A model generated the notes under the pieces. That model saw nothing but the letters and a program-made list of their open reading frames with translations, had not been told where the DNA came from and made no database searches. A DNA stretch of 64,000 bases. Origin: Eledone cirrhosa (taxonomy: Eukaryota). The stretch lies in contig OZ024740.1 in the NCBI GenBank assembly GCA_964016885.1, forward strand, positions 73,718,001 through 73,782,000, in the 5' to 3' direction. Within the stretch, counting starts at the first letter, position 1, and every line of letters starts with the position of its first letter. This document shows positions 25,206-35,762 of this stretch, piece by piece. A program made the translations under genes and the position numbers.

Positions 25206-27301
25206 TCTAGCTAATTAAGCTATTGTAAGCATCTACAAAGATAACACAATCAAACCTATGTATTGATTTCTCTCCTATATTCCAAAGTTTACAAGTGTTT
25301 GTTTCCAAATATATACTCATATATATGATTTTATTTAATATATTATTCTAAACTATTATTTGTTTTGTTTTTACATCATGGTTAAACACAATTATAACAA
25401 AAACCTAATTTCAACAGCCTTGAATTATAAACAGATATTTTTAACATATTTCAGAAATACATAACAAACACAAACCTACATCTCTCTACATTCAAAACCA
25501 ACCACCTTGAGAAAAGAAATTAAAAACATAGAGGCAGTAGAGATAATGAAATCTACAAATAAATATACAGGGTGGGGCTTTTAACACTTGTTAGAGTCAT
25601 AGGGGTGCCGTTGTTACATTTTGAACTTGGTGGAGTCCATCCCTCTCCAGGTTGGAACACAGCCAATTTCTTCTAGAGAAAAAAATTAAGAGGGAATTGA
25701 TAAAGAGAGTATAGAGGAATAATCAATCAGAGTATTGAGCTAGTACTTTATTTATCAACATTGAAACAATAAAAGGCCAAGTTGACTTCAGTGGGATTTT
25801 AACTTAGAGCTCAGAGATCCAGAACAAGTACCATGAAGCATTGCATTAGTCATTCTAATAACTGCCACTTTACTGCCTAAAATACACAGAGTACACAGTC
25901 CTGTAACACCTGTTAGAGTCGTAGAGGTTCCATATTGACATACAGTGTTTCTAGGGCATTTTTAAGCCTGGCGAAGCCCATCCTTCTCCAGGCCAAAATA
26001 TACAGAGTACTTGAACCTAAAAGCAGCAAACAGCATCCCATGTCAGAAAATCATGCCAATATTTAAAACAGATGTAAAACAATAATGACAATGATAATAG
26101 ACAGTGTTTTTAGGTTAACATTTTTCAATCTTATTAGATCTTCTCAACAAAGCATGTTGGCTAAAATAGAATACAGTCAGATATATACAAAAACAGTGGG
26201 GTGGGGAATGCACTTATAATGTGTGTCGAAAAAGAATAAAGGTGACATCCCCAAGGAGAGTATTCTGCATAATGTGTGTGTGTGTGTGTGTGTGTGTGTG
26301 TTGAACATCTGTCAGTTCTGATGTGTGTCTTAGTTGTTTGATCAACAGAACCTGCTTGTGAAATTAATATGCAAGTAGCTGAGCATTCTAGAAACATGTA
26401 CCCTTAATGTAGTTCTCAGAGATTTAACAAGCCACAGTGTATGACAAGGCCGATTCTTTGAATTACAGGTATAGTCCATCTGATGAGCTTCCAAACAGTT
26501 TCCATCTATCTAATTTCACTTACCAAGCTTGGATCCACATGAAACTAAGGTGAATAACTCTGGCTGAAGAATCCATGCAATGGGATTTAACCCAGGATCT
26601 AATGATTGCGAAGCAAACTTCTTAACCATTCAGCCCTACTGTGTCCACCATCTAAAGTAAGACAAGTAAATACCATGCCACTTTAGTAACATATGTTTAT
26701 TTTATTATAAGTATATGTCTAGAGAACTTATAAATATTCCTTTTTGCCAACTGAATGGACCGAAGCAATGTGAAATCAAGTGTCTTTCTCAAGGACACTA
26801 CACACTGCTCAGGACAGGAATCAAACTAATAACCCTAATGTTGTTAGCCCAGTACCCTAACCACTAAGTTCTTTACTGGTACTTTATTGACCACCCCTAT
26901 CTCCCCGAAAAACGAAAGGTAAAATTGACCTCGTGGGATTTGAACTCAGAAAGTAGAAAGCTGGAACTGAATAGTAGCTCCATAATTGTGATGATGAAAT
27001 ATTATAATATATTACATACCAAGTAATACACTGGGATAATTGCTGGCCTTGTGCCAAAAGTAGAAACAATTATAATATATTACATACAATTAATTATAAT
27101 ATGTATTTCATATCACAATACATAATTAGATTATAGATCAGCAGCAACTAATTAATCTGTATTGACTGATAATGGAAGACCAATTAATTGGTAATTGGCC
27201 AATTTGCTTACTTGTGCATCCCAAATCTCTATATACCCCAGTATGATATATAATTATATAAGATATAATAAAATAATATAATAATATATTATATACATAC
27301 A

Positions 27302-28122
27302 CTGTATATACTTGTATATAAGCCGAGAAATGCGACAAAAAATTGATAGTAAAATAGGGGTTGGCTTATATCCAAAGTCAATATTTTGACAATTAACACC
27401 AACTTCAAATTCTAAATAAATAAGGTGCTAAAATATCTGTAGTGATTGTTTTACAATGAAACGCTGTTTTTCTACGTTTACTACAGTGTCATGAGAGTTA
27501 TTTATGCATTCCCTTATGAACATTCTCAACAAATTTTTATAATTTGTACTTTTTAATACATAAATATTCCCTACACAAATATGCATACATGCATGCACAC
27601 ACGTACTCACACATACATTCATGCACACATATGTGCGCCAACTGTTTTTCTCTGTGACATACTTTTTCTTTCAATCTTCTGTCTTGTATTTTATTGCTCT
27701 CGCTCTCTTTCCCTTCTCTTGCTCTCACCTTCTCTGTTTTCTTGTTCTGCCTCTCCTCTCTCGTTTGCTGTCTCTCCCTCTCCTTTCTACTCTCAATCTT
27801 TATACAATGTTCTCTTAATTGATCTTTTCTATTTGTTATGTTACCTTGCACATAACTTCGATCTTGCTCAAGTAGCCAGACATAAACAAAAATTTGAGAA
27901 CTTGTTGAAACTTTATAAAATGGATGAAAAATAATTATGTAATTTTGTTGACAGCATTTTAAATATCGAAATATTAAAACTTCATAAATATATTATCCAC
28001 TCATGATAATTTCAAAACCATGTCCATAATGTGTTGATTTAGCTGCATCAGCTTTATACACAGGGTTTGGTTTTTGACCATTTCTCAGATATAAAATAGG
28101 GTGGGGTCAGCTTATATTCTCG
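27302..28122. mobile_element. pogo/Tc2-like non-autonomous DNA transposon
   Basis: Left end CTGTATATACTTGTATATAAGCCGA and repeated GGGGT(T/C)(G/A)GCTTATAT subterminal motif at ~27357 and ~28104. Confidence 0.55.
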
Positions 28123-28609
28123 TGTGTGTGTGTGTGTGTGTGCGTGTGCGTGGTACTAAAAGCTGACCTTGCACAATTACACCTCACCAAAGCAATGACA
28201 AAGTACTGCAACCTCTGGCACTATTATTCTCGGGCTAAGGCTTATACCTAGTAAGAAACACCTCAACCTTCTCCCCTCTCATACACCTCCCTTTGCGGTA
28301 AAGATCCCTCCCCTATCATCTATGTCTGCAATTTCCCCAAGCTTCTTCCCCATCCCTAGTTCCAAGACATATGTGCCCAGTCCCCACTGTAATGTGGTCG
28401 TGTAGGTGACATGACAAAAAGCACCCAACACACACTGTAAATGTGGCTGACGTTAGGAAGGGCACCCAGTTGTAGAAACCAAACCAAAATCTGCACTGAG
28501 TGAGCTAAGCATGGTCCTCTGACCTGATTTTCTCCCATCCTAGTGTAGAAGATGGATGTTAAATGATGATGATGATTGTATATGTATGTGTATGATATAT
28601 ATATATATA

Positions 28610-28685
28610 TATGATAGGTATATACACGCAAATATACATACATATATCATTATCATGATATATATATATATATATACATGCAAAT

Positions 28686-28725
<40 letters not shown>

Positions 28726-29070
28726 CATGCAAATATACATACATATATATATATATTATATACATGCAAATATACATACATATATATATATATATATATA
28801 TTATATACATGCAAATATACATACATGCAAATATATATACATATATATATATATTATATACATGCAAATATATATACATGCAAATATATATACATATATA
28901 TATATATTATATACATGCAAATATATATACATATATATATAATACATACATACAAATATATATACATATATATATAATACATACATACATATATATATAA
29001 TACATACATACATACATACACGCAAATATACATACATATATATATAATACATATATATATATATATATAT
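28610..29070. repeat. AT-rich compound minisatellite (TATACATGCAAATATACATACATATA variants)
   Basis: Directly visible; a related array resumes at 29455-29504 and 31820-32290 on either side of the RTE insertion. Confidence 0.9.
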
Positions 29071-29086
29071 AGTTTTAATATAGATG

Positions 29087-29137
29087 AGATTCTACAGAAC
29101 TAGAACTGTTTCATTCTTTAGAAATCATCAGGAATCT
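29087..29137 (-). ncRNA. Type I hammerhead ribozyme (minus copy)
   Basis: AGAUUC-CUGAUGA-uUUCuaaaGAAu-GAAA-CAG uucuaguu CUG-UA-GAAUCU. Confidence 0.8.
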
Positions 29138-29313
29138 GGGTATCAAAAAATAAGTATAGTATTTATAGGTCTCTTCAAGTGGTAGGAGAGGGTAGGGAGT
29201 GAATTTTAATGAATTCCCTTTTCTATCAACCAATGACCTACACCCATCCCACTCCCTACCCTCTCCTACCACTTGAAGAGACCTATAAATACCATACTTA
29301 TTTTTTGATACCC

Positions 29314-29364
29314 AGATTCCTGATGATTTCTAAAGAATGAAACAGTTCTAGTCCTGTAGAATCT
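29314..29364 (+). ncRNA. Type I hammerhead ribozyme (plus copy)
   Basis: Stem I AGAUUC/GAAUCU, core CUGAUGA 29320-29326, short stem II, GAAA 29339-29342, stem III CAG/CUG, and GUA triplet with predicted cut after 29358. Confidence 0.8.
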
Positions 29365-29504
29365 CATCTATATTAAAACTTTTATACTCTGCAATGTATT
29401 GAGTACCTTACTTACTGTGGTTACCTCCGATTCAACCCGGAATAACGTACGTATATATATATATATATATGTAATATATACACACAAATAAACATACATA
29501 TATA

Positions 29505-31814
29505 TTCAAGCATGTTCTACAACGCGAGGACCAAAAACGTGAGGTGTTCAGGATTGCTAGGCAATGTGTCAAGGAAAACCGTGATATTGTCGGGGAGAAG
29601 TGTGTCCTTAATGATGATGGTGTACTTGCCATCACTGACGCTGATAAGAAGGTAGCTTGGAAGTGTCACTACGAAAGGCTACTAAATGAGGAGAATAAAT
29701 GGGAGAAAGACAGTCTCCCCCACATCGATCCAATAGAGGGACCAGCAGTGCAAGTTGAAGGTAGTATAATAAGTAAGGCGATCAAAGATATGAAGATAGG
29801 CAAGGCGGCTGGGCCTTCGGAAATAGTTGCTGAAATGCTGAAAGCATCTGGAACGGTGGGACACACTATGGTCACCCGGATAGTAAACCAAGTCATACAG
29901 AATGGGGTCGTACCAAAGGACTGGCATAGCAGCATCATGATTAACTGCTACAAGGGTAAAGGAGATGCCCTAGATAGGGGAAACTATAGAGGCATTAAAT
30001 TAATTGACCAGGTCATGAAGGTCACAGAAAAAGTAATAGCACAACTAATCAGAGAGCGAATTGATCTAGATGAAATGCAGTTCAGGTTTGTGTCAGGTAA
30101 AAGTACCACAGACGCTCTTTTCATTGTACGACAACTGCAGGAGAAGTACCTAGCTAAAAGTAAACCCCTATACTTAGCTTTTGTTTACTTGGAGAAAGCC
30201 TTTGACAGAGTCCCACGCCTCATTATCTGGTGAGCTCTCAGAAAACTAGGTGTTGATGAATGGCTTGTGAGAGCTATACAAGCCATGTATAAAAAAACAG
30301 TCAGCAAGGTTAGAATTAACAACGAATATAGTGAAGAGTTTAGCGTAAAAGTTGGTGTTCATCAGGATTCCGTCCTTAGCCCCCTCCTATTTATTATTGC
30401 CCTTCAGGCTATAACAGAGGAGTTCAAGAACGGCTGCCCATGGGAACTCCTATACGCAGATGATCTAACGCTCATAGCTGAATCAATGGCTGAACTAGAG
30501 AAGAAATTCCAAACATGGAAACATGGAAGCATGGCCTAGAATCAAAAGGCTTTAAAATGAACCTGTCTAAGACTAAAGTCCTAGTTTGTAGGAAGGAAAA
30601 TAGGGCACTGGTCCCATCTGGGAAATGGCCATGCTCAGTGTGTAGGAAAGGAGTAGGCAGAAACTCCATTTTATGTCCCAAATGCAAAGTATGGGTGCAT
30701 AAAAGATGTAGTGGGGTAACAGGTAAGTTAACTAAGAATATAGATTTTATATGTGGCCGGTGCTCAGGTGCAATAAGTAGTAGCAAGTGCCCACAGAAAA
30801 CTAGCTCATTCCATTGCACAGATGGTTCTATAGAAATAGTGGACACCTTCCGTTACCTGGGTGACAAAATCAGCAGTGGTGGAGGGTGCTCTGAAAGTAC
30901 AGTAGCTAGTGTCAGAACGGGATGGAAAAAGTTCAGAGAGCTTATACCACTATTGGCCGCTAAAGGTTTCTCTCTAAAAATGAAAAGCAGGCTGTATGAT
31001 GCAATGTAACAACAATGTTAACAACTGCCATGTAACAACAATGTTATATGGCAGTGAGACTTGGGCATTGTGTGCAGAGGATCTACGCAGACTGGAGAGG
31101 AACGAAGCTTGCATGCTTCGTTGGATGTGTAATAGTTCATTTATGCTTTGCCGTTCACGAATATTACTAAGGGAGAAATTAGGAATAAGAGGGATCAAAT
31201 GTTGTTTACTCGAGAGAAGACTACGTTGGTATGGTCACGTGATGTGCATGAAAGACGACAGCTGTATAAAAAAGTGCAGGGCGATAAAAATAGACGGTAG
31301 CCACGGAGTAGGCAGACCCAGAAAAACCTGGGACGACTTGATAAATTCCGACCTCACACACTTACACCTCTCCAAGACAATGTCACTGGACCGAGATCTT
31401 TGGCACTACACAGTAATACAGAAGACCTGCCTTGCCTAAGTACAAAGCGAAACCTACAGTCAGTAGACACCTCTTAACAAAAATACACCCCCATCCCACT
31501 ACCCCCACCCCATCCACACCACCCCTTTCGATGTAAAGTTATGTTGGTATCACAACATCCAGTCCGAAATAAATGAGGTCGTGTAGGTGTCACGCAAAAA
31601 AACACACAGTCCACGCTGTAATGTGGCCATGTAGGTAACACAGTAAAAACCTCCCAGTCCACACTGTAAACGTGGTTGGTGTTAGGAAGGGCATCCAGCC
31701 GTAGAAAACCCACCAGACAGTCCTATACGAGCAAGACAACCAATCTTGCCTCAAGTGGGAAAATTCCCGTCCAAACCCATGCAAGCGTGGAAGATGGACG
31801 TTAAACGATGATGA

Positions 31815-31818
<4 letters not shown>
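29505..31818 (+). mobile_element. RTE LINE subfamily A', 5'-truncated and disrupted
   Basis: ORF pieces 29544-30233, 30267-30539, 30515-31009 and 30996-31439 reconstruct RT+PHD+C-terminus; 3' UTR and (GAT)n tail follow. Confidence 0.96.
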
Positions 31819-31819
<1 letters not shown>

Positions 31820-31861
<42 letters not shown>

Positions 31862-31926
31862 ATATATACACACAAATATACATACATATATATATATATA
31901 TACATATATAATACATACACGCAAAT

Positions 31927-31964
<38 letters not shown>

Positions 31965-32010
31965 CATACACGCAAATATACATATATATATATAATACAT
32001 ACACGCAAAT

Positions 32011-32054
<44 letters not shown>

Positions 32055-32290
32055 CATATATATAATATATACACACAAATATATATATATATAATACATA
32101 TATATAATATATACACACAAATATACATACATATATATATGTAATATATACACACAAATATACATACATATATATATAATACATACATATATATAATATA
32201 TACACGCAAATATGCATACATATATATATAATACATACATATAATATATACACGCAAATATACATACATATAATATATATATATATTATG
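31820..32290. repeat. AT-rich compound minisatellite
   Basis: Repeats of ATACATACACGCAAATATAC(AT)n variants. Confidence 0.9.
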
Positions 32291-33086
32291 TTGGTATTAC
32301 AAAACATCCAGCTAACACAGTAAAGTGGTTGTGTAGATGTCACGACAAAAAGCTCCCAACCCACACACTGTAAATGTTTTTGGCGTTAGGAAGGGCATCC
32401 AGCTGTAGAAAACCACCCAACTTGCCTCTAAATGGGACAAAACCATCTAACCCATACTAGCATGGAAGTGAGTGAGTGAGCGAACATGTGAGTGTGTGTG
32501 CGTGGTTGAGAAAAATCAATTAACCTAATAAATGTTTGGATAATCCAGAACGGAAAAAGCAGGCTTTGTTAACATCAATGTTTGTACATGTTATAAAGAT
32601 ACTTTATATTATATACCAGGTGTGCTTTTCAAACCCTTTTTTAAAATAATTTTCCTTATATAACAATCTGTATGGAACATTTTCTAGTGTCCACACTTTC
32701 ACTATAGCTCCATCATCCACTTTTCTAAAAAAGTATATCATACACAAAACGCCAGCATCAACAGTTTTCCAAGAGATAGCAACATGAATGGACGTGTTAT
32801 TTTTATCTAAAAAAAATGTTTCCGATTCCGCCCTGCCCATCCCCTCAATCTTTCTTCTGATAAAGGACTAACGTCCAAAACATTAAGACTTTCTTCCTGC
32901 TATTTCAAGCGTTAAACTAATATATTCCTTCCATATACTGTACCGTTTGTGTTATTCCTGTTTACCTTTCACACACACACACTCTCTCTGGACAATTGAG
33001 CTTTTTCACTGTGAAACATATTCATCAATCATATTATATGTTATGATACTTTAAATTAGTATATATTATATATATATATATATAAT

Positions 33087-33347
33087 AATGAGATCGAGAT
33101 CGTGTAGGTGTCACGACAAAAAAACAAGTCCACGCTGTAATGTGGCCGTGTAGGTAACACGTTAAAAACTTCCCAGTCCACACTGTAAATGTGGTTGGTG
33201 TTAGGAAGGGCATCCAGCCATAGAAAACCTGCCAGATAGTCCTATACTAGCAAGACACGGTCACCCGACCAACCTTGTCTCAAATTGGGACAACACCCGT
33301 CTAACTCATGCTAGCGTGGAAGATGGACGTTAAACGATGATGATGAT
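33087..33347 (+). mobile_element. RTE 3' UTR-only insertion
   Basis: Matches 15240-15400 and ends GGACGTTAAACGATGATGAT; (TA)n on both sides. Confidence 0.9.
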
Positions 33348-34046
33348 ATATATATATAATAACATTAATAAAGATGCTGATGTTACATAAATCGTTTATT
33401 CATTATAATTATTTCAATTGTTCTCCCATGCAATGAAGATGTAATTCATGCATTTGTTGCTGTTATAAGAACAGTATCCTCAGATACACACGTCCTTCTG
33501 CTTATGCATCCAGCAGACATATTATCTCAATTATATATACTACCCAATACAATATATATACACAACTATCACAATTCCATTTATTACACAATACAATTTA
33601 TATAAACAAATATCCTGATACTATGTACTACTCAATACAATATAAATACACAACGCCAAAAGAATGTTTAAAAAAGGCAAAGTTATTCTTGGCTAGGTTT
33701 AAACTCAGAATGCAAAGAGCAAGGGATTTCATCTGATGCTCAGACACCTCTGCCAATTTTCCACTTGATGTAGTCCCTAAGTAATAATATATATTGACCT
33801 ATACTCACCCATTTTATAATTTGTCATGTGCCTGAGAAATAGCACCTCAACCACACCTCAGATACTATACCTTTTCAGTTTACCAACTAATATATTGTGA
33901 CTAATGGTATTGAAAGCTTTTCTTTAGAGCTATAAATACTTCCACATCATACTTGTTATTTGTTTTTATCTATTAAACTAATTCTTTCTTCAATTAATTC
34001 TATTAATGTCAGAGAAGTTGATCTGTTCATTCAGAACCCATACATA

Positions 34047-34496
34047 TATTCTCAGGTCCTAAACAATAGGGTGTAGGGTAGAATAAGCAGGGAGGGGCAG
34101 ATAAGTGGGATTGCTGGAATAAGTGGAGGGGTTGGGTTGGAATAAGTGGTGATGTTGGAAGAAATGGGGGTGGGGGGAATCCGTAATTTTTCTAGGTTGT
34201 CTCCATTGTTTTTTTAAGAAACCAGAACTAGTCGTTTAGTTTACACATTGAAACTCCAACTCATCCTATTTATTTTATAACATTATGGCCAAAAGTTATC
34301 TAAGTTACAGGATTTCTAACAATGTACTTTTTTGTCATTTATAATGTCTAAAGAATATTTGTCACAGGAATGCTACCACTTACAATAAAATTTCACCAGA
34401 GATAGATTAGCAAAATTTAAAACAGTGGGGTTGGAAATTAAGTGTGTGTGTGTGGGGGGGGGGGGGGGGGGGGCAATATACAAGACCCGAGAGGAG
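34047..34496 (+). mobile_element. TA-flanked MITE family copy (no piggyBac insert)
   Basis: Colinear with 5852-6472 minus the 6112-6336 insert. Confidence 0.8.
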
Positions 34497-34650
34497 TCAG
34501 TCAGTTAATTTATGCCTTTCAATGAAGCTATCTATTCTTTCAGTAAAATGTTTTTCCAATATTTTGGAGGATTGTGAAAGTAAAAAAACAGACCTGTAAT
34601 TTGTAAAAAGTGTGTTTATCTCTAGTTTTATATAATCTATATATAAATTT
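34497..34650 (-). mobile_element. Crack/L2-like LINE RT fragment
   Basis: YKTRDKHT / FTNYRSVFLLSQSSKILEKHFTERIDSFIERHKLTD, resembling the NYRPVSLL..SKILEK motif. Confidence 0.7.
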
Positions 34651-35140
34651 GAGAAACTTCCGTTTGTCACACAATGTGTGTGTGTATGTGTTTGTAAATG
34701 TATGTGTGTGTGCGAATGTATGTGTGTGTTTGTATGAATGTATGTGTATTTGTGTGAATGTATGTCTGTATTTTTGTAAGTGTGTCTGTGTTTGCACATT
34801 TATATTTATATACTCATACATATGAATGTATGCATATGCACATGCACACTCATATACACATATGCATCAGCATGTTGAAAAAAATTCTAGTGAGATAAAT
34901 TTTCCACTTTTTTTCTGGCTTGGAAAAGTAGCAGTTTGAAATGAAAAGTTACAGATGTAGGTTAATGGTTTTGTAATTCCTTCAATGACTGTTGACTATT
35001 ATCATATTAATTTCATTGCTGTAGAATATTTAATTTTTCATTTGCAAACAATGTCATTTTTTTCTTTCTCCTTCTTTTACTGCTCTAAGAAAGACTAAAG
35101 TTAGATTTCTATTCCCATAACTTGCCAAACAAAGTGTTAA

Positions 35141-35361
35141 CCCTTAAGTATTTAAACAGGCCATATTCGGCCACAATTCTCTCACCTCTTTCTGTTCAAA
35201 CCGGCCATAACTAGCCACTCATACTGATATTAAGGTAATGTTCTCAAAATAAATAATATCAAAATCTCATAGATTCGATATTATGTGAGATAATTATGTG
35301 AGGTAAAGCCTTTATTGTGAAAATACAATAGTATATATAGAGTAATGTAAATGCTAAAGAG
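35141..35361 (+). mobile_element. piggyBac-type MITE
   Basis: TTAA|CCCTTAAGTATTT..AAATGCTAAAGAG|TTAG; colinear with the 6112 copy. Confidence 0.88.
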
Positions 35362-35454
35362 TTAGGAGAACTCTTTAGTCATGACAAAGACATAACAACC
35401 TCTCTATTGCTGGTACCTTGATAAAATCTACTGAGTATACTCTGTAGAGTGTGA

Positions 35455-35762
35455 AGGTGCATGGCTTAGTGGTTTGGGTATTCAGCTCACAATTATAAGG
35501 TTGTGAATTTGATTTGTGAACCAGGCAGCAAGTTGTGTCCGTGAGCAAGATGCTTTAATTCATGTTGTTCCAGTCCACTCAGCTGGCAAAAATGAGTTGT
35601 ACCTGTAATTCAAGGGACCAGCCTTGTCACACATTGTGCCTGGCTGAATTTCCCTGAGAACTACCCTAAGGATGCACATGTATGTGCAATGCTCAGCCAC
35701 TTACATGTTAGTTTCATGTGCAGGCAATTCCATTGATTGAATCAACTGGAACACTCGTCATG
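35455..35762 (+). mobile_element. tRNA-derived SINE (family 2, CORE-like middle)
   Basis: TGGCTTAGTGG A-box, decayed B-box, TGTGTCC.TGAGCAAG..CCAGTCCACTCAGCTGG middle; its 3' body recurs on the minus strand at 26310-26480 and 63895-64000. Confidence 0.75.

Larger units (their letters stand above)
29071..29447. mobile_element. Penelope-like element pseudo-LTR with inverted truncated copy
   Basis: Arms 29071-29201 and 29250-29380 are ~131-bp inverted repeats with 2 mismatches seen; each has CCTATAAATA and a hammerhead core. The 3' extension TATTGAGTACCTT..ACTGTGGTTACC recurs at 9010-9060 and 45815-45870. Confidence 0.8.

Noticed and set aside
26480-26510. CTGATGAG as a hammerhead core
   Set aside because: No properly placed GAAA or closing stems.
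32604-32840. 78-aa ORF with ordinary composition
   Set aside because: No recognisable motif or convincing splice sites.
33809-33831. 23-nt minus-strand micro-exon (TTCTCAG|..AAAATGG|GTGAGT)
   Set aside because: The polypyrimidine tract is poor, and it gives a stop if joined in phase to the 48547 candidate; such matches are expected by chance in 64 kb.
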